A DNA stretch of 62,992 nt, counting the filler, from Jimgerdemannia flammicorona (lineage: Eukaryota): assembly GCA_003990765.1 (NCBI GenBank). It is 2 parts of 2 records of this genome, joined end to end, with 100 filler letters (N's around TTAATTAATTAA, not from the genome) between each part and the next. Parts side by side here need not be neighbours in the genome. Positions count along the whole stretch, not along the records: positions 1 to 31,451 come from RBNJ01000396.1; positions 31,552 to 62,992 come from RBNJ01000397.1. One strand, given 5' to 3'. The number at the start of each line of letters is the position of its first letter. Within the stretch, counting starts at the first letter, position 1. The translations under genes and the position numbers were made by a program. Positions 27,059-39,400 of this stretch are shown here, one piece after another. The notes below the pieces were generated by a model, which was not told the origin of the DNA, made no database searches, and was given only the letters and a program-made list of their open reading frames with translations.

Positions 27059-29053
27059 TTCTTGGGGTCTTCTTCTTGGTATTCTGCAAAAGTTGGCAAT
27101 AAGGTGGCCATTTCATCATCACTTTCTTCTAATTCTGATTCTGGTCTGGATTCTGATTCTGATTCACTTTCTGAGCTATCACTGAAAATGGGAGTGCTTG
27201 GGTATCCTGAGGATGGTGTTCTGGATCTTAGATAAAGTGAAATGAGCCTAGGTATTATTGTAGGAGCTACTTCCAACTCTGCAAGGAGTTGTGGTAAAGG
27301 TTCTATTAGTGAGATTGATGGGACTGATATGGGGTATCTGGCTGTAAGATCTCGGGCTTATGTAATAAGATTTTCTAGTTCTTGTACAAGTTCTTCAAAA
27401 TCTCCAACAGGGCTGCCCATATTGTCTGGTTGGTCTGGTTGGAGATTTCAGGCTATACTGCCTTCTGGTTCTGATTGGGATCCTTCTGATACTGGGTAGT
27501 TGGCAAGTCTTGATATAATTACTTCTCTTCCTATCCAGATACTGGTAATAACTGGCTCTCCTGTGGTGGCAGAGATTGGTGTTGTATCAAATATATCCAG
27601 TTTGATTGTGAGTTCTTGTGAGCTAAAAAGTCATATCAATTTTGAAATCTTCCCAGTTAAGCCCCCAAATGTAACATGCCTGACTCAATGGAGGCAAATT
27701 ACAAGGTTGGGGGTTGATGTAGTTTGGCTTGAGCCTACAGTTACTTTGTTAAAAAGTAATAAAATGTTCTAAGATTCCTGAAGTTCTTGGTGTTTAGTGG
27801 TTTAATAGTCAAAGCTGGATATCTGTGAGTGATTTCCTTATTGGGATGGTTCTCTGGGTATAGCAGCAATTTATATATCTTTCCTTCTTGAGTCAACTGG
27901 GAATTGATAAAATTTCATATATAGTGTGAGCAGTTTTCTTTTATATGACAGTCTGGCAATTTAGTGGTTTTCCTTCTTGAGTGGTGGTGATCTCTCATGT
28001 AGCGATCTCTCATGTGATAATCTCTGTGTAGTGCAATGATCTCCAAAAGTATGTGATTTCTGAGTAACAATCTTGTGTAGTGTGAACAGATTCCTTATGT
28101 GGTATAATCTGGTAATTTAGTGGATAACTTGATTTAGGTGCAGGTTCTCCTGAATTGGTGGGCTTCTGGGAATAATAACTTGGATGGCATGGATAATTCA
28201 AATAACTGAGAATAATGCTGGCAGTGGTAACTCAATAACTTGGGCTCACTGAGAATAATGAATAACTCAGATGGCATAGATAACTTAGATGTTGTATAAC
28301 TCAGGTGGTACAGATTCTTCCTGAATCAGTGACTTCAGCTAGGAATATAGATAACTTGAAAATGGTAGATGACATGGATTCTTCCTGAATCGGCGGCTCT
28401 CTGGAAATACTACTCGGGTGGTATGGATTCTTCCTGAATTGGCGGCTCTCTGGAAATACTACTCGGGTGGTATGGATTCTTCCTGAATTGGTGGCTTCAA
28501 CTGGGAAATAACTCAGATTCTTCAGGCTTATTTGGCAAGTGAACCAAAAATGTAACAAACTCTTCTTTGTATCAGAAAGTGGATCAGAGTGAAAAAGGGG
28601 AACCAATGCTCACAATCTCCTAGTAGTGGCTTTAGAGTAGACATTTCTCCTAAGTATTGCAATCCTTCCTGGATCAAGTGGCTTTTGGCAGGCATATCCC
28701 TCAAAGTATAATAGGCAGACTTGTCTTTTGCTTTTGAATTCAGACTTTTTGGACTGAGGTTTATTCACTATTGTCTCTGGGGTATTTTAAACATTGTGGT
28801 TACTATCTGGTTACTATGTTGCTAACTATAGATTTGCTACATATAGCAAGTTGTGCAGGTCCAGCACAAGTGTACAGGTCTAGTACAGATGTACAGGTCC
28901 TGTACAGATATACCTTATCTGATAGTCTGGCTATTTATACAGTTCCTGCAGCAATGGTTGCTGGTTACTATGCTGTGTGTTTATGTCATCTGGCTAATTA
29001 TTTGTATCATCTGGCTAAGGTATAATTCAGGTGGTATATCTTGATTTATCACA
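27059..29053 (-). mobile_element. Gypsy A copy 2: 5' LTR (27670-29053), PBS and gag N-terminus, fused to family B RT
   Basis: LTR TG...CA homologous to the other A LTRs; gag SRTPSSGYPSTP..DDEMATLLPTF matches 44556-44927 and then switches abruptly to family B RT sequence. Confidence 0.88.
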
Positions 29054-29630
29054 ATATATATTGAAACTTGATATTTGCAATGATCTAGCATATACTGGAG
29101 TTTGCTATAGGGTGTACTCTTTTTTTGATTGGCTGAAGCAAATTGTTTTAGATGACTGAGGATTGTTAGTTAATTTTAAAACAGATTTTTTTTTTTTTTA
29201 AAAAAAAAAAAAATAGTTAATAGATTCAATAGTTACTGTCAATAAGAAAATATAGGGTGAGGTTATAGATGAAAGTAAGTAGAATGTACTGAGGAATATT
29301 GTCAGAGTTTTGAAAGTAAATGATGACTCCTTGGCTCTATATCTATTTTATCTACCTCTATATAGTAATGTAATAATTCATCACTCTCAACTACCAGTTT
29401 TTTGATAATCATATAAGAAATTTAGTCAAATAAACCACCCTGACAATAAGCTCTACAATACTAATATATAATCTTTTAATTGATTAACTAGAGGATAAGC
29501 TAGAGAACAGACTAGAGGATGGTAATAATTTTCAGTTAAGCCTGGAACAGAGAGATATTATAGAGGTTGCTCTAAACAAGCTCAGAAAATACTACTCCAA
29601 AACAGATACTACTATATACTCAATTAGTAT
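29054..29630 (+). pseudogene. Internal hAT transposase fragment (third, more decayed copy)
   Basis: Reverse-complement match to ~56520-57060 (RWNS..ALEFA, LIDQLEDKLE, LNKLRKYYSKTDT); bounded on both sides by Gypsy A LTRs. Confidence 0.85.
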
Positions 29631-31412
29631 TGTAACGTGCCGGCTCAATGGAGGCAAATTACAAGGTTGGGGGTTGATGTAGTTTGGCTTGAGCCCCCAG
29701 TTACTTTGTCAAAAAGCAACAAAATGTTCTTGGTGTTTAGCGGTATAATAGTCAAGATCTGGATACTGTGCGAGTGGTTTCCTTTTTGGGACGGTTCTCT
29801 GGGTGTAGCGGCGATTTGTGTGTGAATGGACTTCCTTCTTGGGTCAACTGGGAATGGTATAATTTGTGTAGCATAAGCGGTTTCCTTCTTGAGTAGCGGG
29901 TGATTTCTGTGTAGCATGACGATCTTGTGCATGATGGTCTGGCAATTTAGCGGTTCTCCTTATGCGATTTCTGCATGATGATCTCTGTGTAGCGCGACAG
30001 GTTCCTTATGCGGGACATTCTGATAATTTCAGTGGATAACTCGATTTGGCTCACTGGGAATTGTATGGCGTAGGTTCTGGAAATAATGCTGGCGGCAGAT
30101 ATCTCAATAACTCGGGCTCACTGGGAACAATGAATAACTCGGACGGCGTGAATCGGGCTCTTCTGGGAATGCAGATAACTTGAAAATGGCAGATGGCGCA
30201 GATCCTTTCCGAATCGGTAAACTTCTTGAAAACAGCGGCTTTAACTGGGAATATGGTGGATAACTTAGAAATAGTGGATAACTTAGATAACTTGGGTGGC
30301 GCAGATTCTTTCTGAATCGGCTTCAACTGGGAATACTACTCGGATTCTTGGCAAGTTACATCAAAGACTGGCTTCGTTTGTGCAGGGTTACGTCGTAGAC
30401 TGGCTCCACTGTGAAGTTGCGTCAGAAAGACTGGCTTGTGGCAAGAATAGGGCTCTCTGGGAATGCAGCGAAGTTCTTCCTTGAACTTGGCGGAAAACTG
30501 GGATTCTTCAGGCTTATCTGGCAAGCACACCAAAAACAAACTTGTTCTTTGTATCGGAAAGTGGACCGGAGTGGAAAAGGGGACCAATGCTCACAATCTC
30601 CTAACAGTGGCTGTAGAGTTCCTCTCGAAGTGTGGTAGGCAGACTTGACTTTTGCTTTTGGATTCAATTTCAGACTGAGGTTTTTATTCACTCTTGCCTC
30701 TGGAGTAATTTATACAAGTTGGTTGCTATCTGGTTACTATGTGGCTAACTATAGATCTGCTACTTGTGGCAGGTATACAGAGTCTGTACAGTGTATAGGA
30801 CCTGTACAGTGTACAGAGTCTGTACAGATAAACAGACCCTTTCTGGTATGTCTGGCTATTTATACAGTTTCCGCAGCAAGAGTTGCTGGTTACTAAGCTG
30901 AGTGTTCACATCATCTTGTTCGTGTCATCTGGTTAAGATATGATTCGGGTGGTATGTCTTGGCTTGTCACATCAGCCCCCACTGAAGAGTAGTCGGTCTC
31001 AGACTATTCTTCAGTCATCATCCCAATAAGCATAGGCTGCTTCTGCATCTATACCTGTTCCATCATCTTCATTGTCTGTACTGGAGTTACTCCATTCTAG
31101 GGGCTCTTCTTCTTCTTCAGGGAATAGGATTTCAATAGAGTTGATGATGCTCAGATAAGTAACAGGGTTCATTCCTTGAATATCATTCAGAGAGAATTGT
31201 GCCTGTGTCAGGGCTGTGACATTTCATTTATAAATGGTATATAGTCTGTCTGTGGCAGTAGTGTCTCTTCTGGTCAGACCTGTAGTATTTCTGATATAGG
31301 TTTGTTCTGGGGCTGAGAGGTTCTGTAACTGTTCACTGATTGCATAATAGGCCTGCAGTTGGTGGACTTATAGTAGGCATCTGGCCAAGGTGAGATTTTC
31401 TTAATGAGCTTG

Positions 31413-31416
<4 letters not shown>
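29631..31416 (-). mobile_element. Gypsy A copy 3: young 3' LTR (29631-30971), PPT and ORF3 end, cut by poly-T and the gap
   Basis: TGTAACG...TCACA LTR retaining many CpG; PPT AGTGGGGGCTGA (30972-30983 -); left flank GTAT. Confidence 0.9.
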
Positions 31417-31451
<35 letters not shown>

Positions 31452-31551
31452 NNNNNNNNNNNNNNNNNNNNNNNNNNNNNNNNNNNNNNNNNNNNTTAAT
31501 TAATTAANNNNNNNNNNNNNNNNNNNNNNNNNNNNNNNNNNNNNNNNNNNN
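31452..31551. other. Artificial scaffold linker N44-TTAATTAATTAA-N44
   Basis: Exactly 100 nt, symmetric, central 12-mer gives stops in all six frames. Confidence 0.95.
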
Positions 31552-31665
31552 AAAAAAAGAGAGTGGAGAAGGGGATCCAAGGGGTATTGGGTGAGGGATG
31601 GGGGTGAAATTGTATTATTATTTATAAATTGAGATATTAAAGGGAAGTCTGAGAGACTATAAAAA
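31552..31665 (+). mobile_element. LINE 3' terminus fragment
   Basis: G-rich 3' UTR ending GAGACTATAAAAA, as at 10991 (-) and 22530 (+). Confidence 0.65.
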
Positions 31666-31699
31666 TATATATATATATATATATATAACATTTTTGCTA

Positions 31700-33655
31700 A
31701 AATACTAGAATGGTTGGCTAAGCACTATGATATAACTGATATTGTTTAATATATTGATAAGTTCTTTGATACCTGCTTACCCACTCAGTGGATCTTCTCA
31801 CCACTACATCTTCTTCTATCAGTATGCTACTCTATTGAGTTCTCAGTACAGGATGATAAGATAGATGGTCCTACTATGATGCTCTCCTTCTATTAATATA
31901 CACGCCATTTTGGTAATAGTCTTGAAACTTATATAATGTTTAACTTCTATAAAATGAGATATTTTATCTCTTATTAGGTTACTTTCCTTTACCTGCCAAG
32001 TCATACCACAAGGCTACTCCTTCATTTGCCACTTTATTGACTCATTCTCATTTATCTCATACCTTGACTACTATATTAATCTGATGGCTGACTTTTATGC
32101 TGACCAATGATAGTAGTTACATTTTCTGAATCATTGAAATGATATTGCCATCATCACTGAGATAGAAGATGTGATTTTTGACTACTTTTAGAGTGATACT
32201 AGTGATATATTGAGGTTTACAGCTTTCTTCAACAGAGTATAGTTCTTTATACTATAGTTGGAGACTATATTCTCACCTGAGAATATTCAATTCAAGGAGT
32301 TATATGCTATTATCATCACTGTAGCCACCTGGGGTCTCTATTGACAATATTGATACATCTATATATATATTGAAAATTAGGCAGTGCTCACTTGCATCAA
32401 CTCCAGTATATCTCACAACCCTAAACTACTTAAACTCTTATAATAATTACTTTTTCTCAGCATACAATACTCATTTCAGCTTAGGGCATCATATATTTTT
32501 TCTCATTATAATGCTATTACTGATACTCTATCTTCTCTTGATCTCTTATACTTTTTCTCTCTTTCCTCTAATACTGATCAGGCCCTATAATATCTAACTT
32601 TCTCTCTATACTCATCTTCTATCTCTCACTGCTTTCTTCCTATGGTTTAGCTTAGAAAGCTCTAAATAACAGTTATATAATGTAGAATAATATAGTTTTT
32701 ATAAGTTCTGTACCCTCAACAATATCCACAACCCCAATAGCTCCATTATACCAGTCTCTGAACAATATTTGATCTAGTGGGTCTGCTCACTAGCTATCTG
32801 ATATTTATATTTTATAATTATTAAGTTATACATTTCTATAGTATACTCTCTGCATATCAATACTGGCCTCTCTGATCCTCTTGATGACCTCCTGCAACTA
32901 CTATGAGACTTAGAGATATTAAATACTAACTTGGAGTACCTTCAATATAATCCTACCTACTAATTACATTGTCAATTCTGATCTTGATCCTTCCTCTATT
33001 AGATCTGTTAGTTATAGACTAACTCAACTTTGCTGCAATCATCATATTAATATACTTTGGCTTCCTTCACTTAGGTAAATTTACTTGAAGGTCAATATTC
33101 AACCCCACTATGCATCTGTCCTAATTATCTATATATTTCTAACCATTAATCTATCATCTGGATTATATTACTCTGATGATCTCTTCCTCAAAAACAGATC
33201 TCTTATAACATAACATCATCCTCTATATCATATGAGTCCCACTGAGTACACCATACTCTCTCTATCTATTTCAGACTCTCTTCTTCACATCCTTGGCCCT
33301 GCTAACTCCACTCCTCTTCTATCAGATAAATAATACACCTTTCAATCATGATTGGCTTCTTCTTTGTCTATGGTCGCTATTAGACTACTAGTATATATCT
33401 TTGCAGGCCATAGCTTTTACATCAGTACTACCATATATATTATCAAAGCTGGGTTTTCAAACTATAAGATTCAAATTTTTAGATATTAGTATAGCAGTTC
33501 CTATTGACTTTATATCCAGATGCCTACATCCTGCATCCTCCCACTAATGACTGCTCTTGTTACTCACAATACCACTCAGTACCTGATAACTTCTGAGATG
33601 ATATAGGGACCCTCTCTATTGCAAATAACTTAGTCACTTAACAAGCATATATTGG
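31700..33655 (+). mobile_element. Decayed DIRS/Ngaro-type tyrosine-recombinase retrotransposon (RT end, RNase H, YR)
   Basis: SLI(R)LLSFTCQVIPQG (~31967), IQFKELYAIIITVATWG (~32285), YFGFL(H)LG(K)F (~33052), FAGHSF(Y)IS..AGFSNYKIQI...SSSY*LYI (~33400-33517), i.e. the R...HSxR..GRW..Y recombinase pattern after transition decay. Confidence 0.82.
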
Positions 33656-35704
33656 TATAAAGGGTACTATATTAGAGTACTGTTACATAGTTCTGAAAGA
33701 GTTTTCTGAAAGTTCTGGATATTCAGGAAGACTATTTTCTTAAGGTCAAGATCATTTTCATATAGAGTACATTCTTTATACTTATTGATTTTAAGATTAA
33801 ATTAATGTCTCAACCAAAGTCCCTTTTCAGACTTATTCTGGATATTTAGGATTTTTTATATTTCAGGAGGTTTGAGAAACTAAGGCCAGCTTAGTTGGAT
33901 CAGCATATTACTCAGACAATACCTAATTAGAAAATTGTGAGATCTAGTTTGGAGTGGGACCTAATGTAGTATAAGTATACTTAAGAGTTGTTTGTGAATT
34001 ATTAAATAGGTTTATTTGCTATTTATAATATTACTATTGGCTAATACTAGAAGTAGTATGTGAAGGGATATTTGTGTGAGGGAGGTGTTCTTGACTTGTT
34101 TATCTATGTTCTTGTCTGAGTTTCTGAGGTCTGGAGGAGTAGGTATTTATACTAATGAGAGGCTATCTGGACTATACTAAATATAGATATAGCACTTAGT
34201 ATTTTGATGAGTCAGAATACAGTCATATAGTATAAGTGTGAACTAACATATCAAGAGTTTGACTGACTGTTGAGTATGTATACTGTCATATATAATAAGG
34301 CTAATTTAATAATATCAATAACTGCTAAGCTATCTAAAGATTTAGACACTATCTGGATATTCTATAATAAGGTCACTATTTATGATATTATCTCTGATGA
34401 AGTAGTTATCTAGGAAGAATAGTTCTTGGATTATATCTCTCTATTTATTTATATAGTAGAATGTTGAAACTATTTCACCATCCTATAGAATGACATCATC
34501 TATCTCATATACTAGATAGGGTGTCAGTGGGCAGAAGAGGGATGTATCATCTTCACTTTTATCGATTTACTATCAGCATACCTTCAGTAAGTTATGGTAC
34601 TATATGTTATAGGGTTATACATAGTATGCTGGTAGCTGTTATTCACATCATTTGTACTCAAGAGGTGGGGTTATTGGTTCAATCTTGAGAGTTGTCTGGA
34701 GGTATAGATTATATTTTCTGGTCTCTTCATTATAGTTGAAGTAATCAGATATAAATGTAGGTTGATATTTATACCAGTGATCATTATTTCAATAGATCTT
34801 GTAGGTAGTTATAAACTGTTGTAAGTTCATTAGCAAGATTGGTAGAGTGATCAGAGTTGGCAGTGATCCTTAGCTAGAGGTCATGTTAGCATCAGAGGGA
34901 TCATTGTCTTTGCTTTATTATTGTCAAACTGGATTATATCATAGATATCCTTTATGGCATATCCAACTTAGGGTATTTACAGGATATAGTCATTGGGATA
35001 TAAGAAGGGTCTGTTTGTAGTTTGGGTATACTCAATATGCTTATAGTTGAGTTCTTATACCATGTCATCAATTTGATCATAGGTCAGGGTGGCAACCATT
35101 TTAGTAGTAGTAACTTAGAGATAGGGAATAAAGGTGCTATACTTATAAAAGAGTTCACAGTGTTTGCAGGCAATAAGTTTCTAGTGTTGAGACATTTCAG
35201 TAATATCTGCTTCCTAGTGGTGGCTAATCATATCTTCTAGGAGGCAGTCAATCAAATAGTAGCTTGAGATTTATCTGATTCAGTGGGCCTTGCTAAGTAT
35301 GTTCAGAGTGTTCCATTGGGCTTCTATGAAATAGAGGAGTGCTAGACTATAGATATTCATGAGGGACAGGAGAGCTGTAGCTTTATTGACAATGGCAATC
35401 CAAATATCAGTATAGATACAGTTGTAGATTTCAGTAGTCATGTCTGGATATATGTTTGAGAGTTGTACTTATTGCTTATTATGGTTCTTTATTTTGATAT
35501 ATATATTATATATTCAGTATATATACTTTTGGTCCTAATTGGTAAGATTTCATTTTTGTATCTCTTATATTCTGTAACTTCAAGTGGACTTAGCTTTGTA
35601 ATCTGTGACTTTGAGTTGACTCAGCTTTATGATCTTACATAGATTTTCAAATTTGTTCTGAGAGCGACATGTGATTTCAGTGGCTTGGAGGTTGTGTGCT
35701 TACA
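33656..35704 (-). repeat. Solo LTR of family C (~2.05 kb)
   Basis: Reverse complement of 18546-20588; ends CTTACA at 35704; 5-bp flanks ATTGG/ATTGA. Confidence 0.82.
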
Positions 35705-36007
35705 ATTGAGTAGGCCCCCTCAACCACAAGACAACTAGAGCAAGATTCTATGAACTTATTACAATCTGTTTGATGACTTTATTGCATTCCCCTTTATATT
35801 TAAAAAACAATCAGAGTAGAGCTCTACTACTGTTATCACAAATTCTTCTTGATATTTATATATATTTTATATCTATAGATACTCTTTTTATGAATGCATC
35901 TTCATTAGACAGAGACTCAGGACTATAAGTATATGGAGTTTTCATACTCATGTGATGTTCAGATCTCTTCAACCATATTACTACTTATATATATTTCCTT
36001 TCTTTAG

Positions 36008-36522
36008 GCTGGGTTCATATCAAACTGACCAATGTATACATTTGAGACTGACTTTCTCATACATGCATTTGTCCAAATACAATATATATATATATATCAA
36101 TATATTTGCTTTGTTCTGTTTGGGTAACAGCTGTATAATAGTAGTAGAGATTTAATAAATAGATCCCAAAAAGGGATAGTGTATTAAAGATATATTGCTA
36201 CAATCTCTCAAATAGAAAATACTAAAAATAGTACTTAATCATATATTTTTCAACTTCATACCTCTATCTATTTCACTTTTACCTCACATTTCACTTTCAT
36301 CTTGTATTCAAACACTTAGCCATTACTCCACATTTATTACACCCTCTCACCTCTCTTTGGTATACTTCTCATTAGGTTCTTATCAAACTAACTGATTGTA
36401 TATATTCAAGACTGACTTCCTCATATATATATTTATTCAAATACAATATATATATATATATCAATCTGTTTGCCTCATTCTGTATAAATAATAGCTATAT
36501 AATAGTGATAGGGATTTAATAA
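36008..36522 (+). repeat. ~150-bp direct duplication (36008-36158 and 36370-36522)
   Basis: GGTTCWTATCAAACTRAC...AGACTGACTTYCTCAT...AAATACAA(TA)nTCAAT...GATTTAATAA occurs twice. Confidence 0.8.
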
Positions 36523-37807
36523 CCACTGTATCCAGATTTGACTATTATACTACTAAATACTGTAATGTACCTGGCTCAATGGAGGCAAATTACAAAGTTG
36601 GAGGTGGATGTAGTTTGGCTTGAGCCCCCAGTTACTTTGTTAAAAGCAATAAAATGTTCTTGGTATTTAGCAGTATAATAGTCAAGATCTGGATACTGTA
36701 TAAGTGGTTTCCTTTTTGGGACAGGTTCTTGGGTATAGCAGTGGTTTGTATGAGCAGTTTCCTTCTTGGGTAGTGGTCAATTTGTGTATAGTGCAAGTAG
36801 GTTTCTTATTCAGATCAACTGGGAATGCCACAATTTTGTATAGCAATGCAATCTCCAAAAGTATGTGATTTCTGGCATAATGATCTCTTGTGTAGCATAA
36901 CAGTCTCTGTATAGCATGAGTGGATTTCCTTATGCAGGTCAACTGGGAATGTGGCAATCTGGTGGATAACTCAATTTGGGATAAATTGGGCAAGGCAGAT
37001 AATTCGGATAACTCAGATGAGGGGGATAACTTGATAACTTGGATAACTCAGATAACTTGAATGCAGATAATTCGAATAATGTGAATTTGGTGGGTTTCTG
37101 GCTTTGTCTGGTAAGCATACCAAAATATAGCAGATTTACTAGGAATACTGACAAATATAGCAGGCTCTCTGGGAACAATAACTTGGGCAACAGGCTTTAC
37201 TGGGAATGGCGGATAACTCAAAAGGCAGTGAAGTCCTTTACTCAAACTTAGGTAACAAATCTTCAGGCTTATCAGGTAAGCAAACCAAAAACAGATTCTT
37301 TTTTATATTGGAAAGTGGACTGGAGTGGAAGAGAAGAGAACCAAGCTTACAACTTCTTGGCAGTGGCTCATTGACAGACATATCTCCTAAGTGTTGCAAT
37401 CTAATTCCTTTAGGATCAAGTGGCTTTTGGCAGGCATTTCTTCTAAGTGTACCAGACAATTGACTTTTGCTTTGATTTGTATTCAACTTTCAGACTGAGG
37501 TTTATTCACTCTTATCTCTGGGGTATTTTATATATTGTGGTTGCTATCTGGTTGCTATCTGGCTAACTATAGATTTGCTATTATGGTGTATTTGGGTAGA
37601 CAGCTACTGTCTGGCAGACAGTTACTGTCTAGAGAACAGCCACTGTTCACATTATTCCCTTCTTTGGCTATCTGGTTATTTATACATTTTCTATAGTAAT
37701 AGTTGCTGGTTACTATACTATGCTAATGTTTATGTCATCTGGTTAGGTTTCAAGATTACTACATTTTGTGGTTTGTCACATTAGCCTCCACTAAAGGGTA
37801 GTCTGTC

Positions 37808-38250
37808 TCAGACTATCCTTTTGTCATTATTCCAATAAGCATAGATATCTTTTGCATCTATGCCTGTTCTATCATCTCCTTCTATATCTGAGTCACTCCA
37901 TTCTAGCTCTGGATCTTCTTGTTCTTCAGGAAACAAGATGTCTACTTGTTGAAGAATACTCTGAAAGGTGGTCTCATTAATTTGATAGATAGCATTGAGG
38001 TAGAAGTGAGACTGCACCAGGGCTCCAACATTTCGTTTGTACAAGGTGTAGATTCATTTGGCAGTTCTTGTTTCTTGGCAGGTTATGCCAGCTGGTCCTC
38101 CAATATATGGCTGTTCTTGAAGTAGTTGTCTGATATTATAAAAGACCTGTAGATGGAGAATCTGTAACAATCTTTAGGTGATGGCAAGGTTCTTTTGATG
38201 CTTCTAGATCAATTGTATTGGGGTTCCTTCAAGTTGGCAGAACTGGAGTA
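37808..38250 (-). pseudogene. Accessory ORF3 of Gypsy A copy 4
   Basis: ORF 37808-38044 ..VDILFPEEQEDPELEWSDSDIEGDDRTGIDAKDIYAYWNND; homologues in the other A copies. Confidence 0.65.
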
Positions 38251-38316
38251 AGGGAATTGGTAGGGCTTGAAAGGAACTGAGGATGAGGGTTTGGAGATGC
38301 TGATCTATCCTCTGGG

Positions 38317-39400
38317 TCATGATTTGTGCAGGCATATCTTGAGTTGGTTGATGTGAACTAGAGTCCTCAAGACATGTCCATTCATACTCCTTAAATAGAT
38401 ACTGGTTCCTCTGATGTTGTATATAAGATAAGGTCCTTCCCATTTCAGTTCCATCTTGGTAGCAAAGTTTGTCTTAATCATGCTTCTCCAAACTAGGACT
38501 TGATCATCAATCTTGATCTTCTGATCCTTCTGCTTCTGGTCATAATACTTCTTTTGTCTTTCGTGAGCCTTGATAATCTGATTTTGGACTTCATTTCTCA
38601 GCTGATCTCCTTTTTCAAGAAGTTTTCTGAGGTTCTCATGGTCAGTAGTTCTGATTTTCTTGGCAACATCATTTCGAATGGTTTTTGTTTGGTTGAGGCT
38701 GTAGGGGTGTTTCAGATTTCCCACAGAATTTCAGATAAACAGAGGTCTCAATTAGTAGGATTGACCTTGGCAAGTCCTTTCTTGATGGTCTGGTTCATTC
38801 TTTTGGTCATTCCATTGGTCTGTGGATGATAAGAGGTGGTTCTCCTCAGGTGGATTCCATGAATTCATGCATAACTTGAGATTATGTTATTCACAAACTC
38901 AGTTTCTCAGTCAGAAATAAGTTCTTCAGGGGGTCCATATCAGAGAGAAAGGTCATGGAGATATCCAACAATGGTCAGGGCATCTGCTATCTCCATGGAG
39001 TATGCTTCAGGCCATTTGGTCAGATGTTCAACAAACATCAGAATGTACTTGTTTCATTTTGGTATTACTGGCAGGGGTTCTATTATGTCTACTCCCCATC
39101 TTTGAAAGATGTGAGTAGGTGGGGGAATTATTGCAGAGGGGCTTGATAGTTCTTCTTTCTTTGGTACTTCTGGCATGTATCACATTTCTGAATGATGTCT
39201 TGGACTTGTGCTCTGAGGTGGGGCCAATGTTGATATTGTTTTCAAATCTTGTCTTCTATACTTGTCTGTCCTTGGTGGGCTTTCTGGTGTTCTTGTCGGA
39301 TGAGATCTTCTTATTTCTTGATGGTCATAGGGACTTCCTTCAGGGTGTAGTTCTTTGGAACACCCTTCTTCTGGTTCATTGAGGTTGGCAGGAAAGTACA
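38317..39400 (-). pseudogene. Integrase (HHCC, DDE core, GPY/F; no chromodomain)
   Basis: H..AH...CDTC, WGVDII, LISD*ETEF, PQTNGMTKRMN, KWEGPY. Confidence 0.9.

Noticed and set aside
31496..31507. TTAATTAATTAA palindrome as a biological site
   Set aside because: Centred in symmetric N runs totalling 100 nt; a six-frame-stop assembly linker.
37808..38250. env gene
   Set aside because: Too short, with no signal peptide, furin site or transmembrane segment visible; kept as unknown ORF3.
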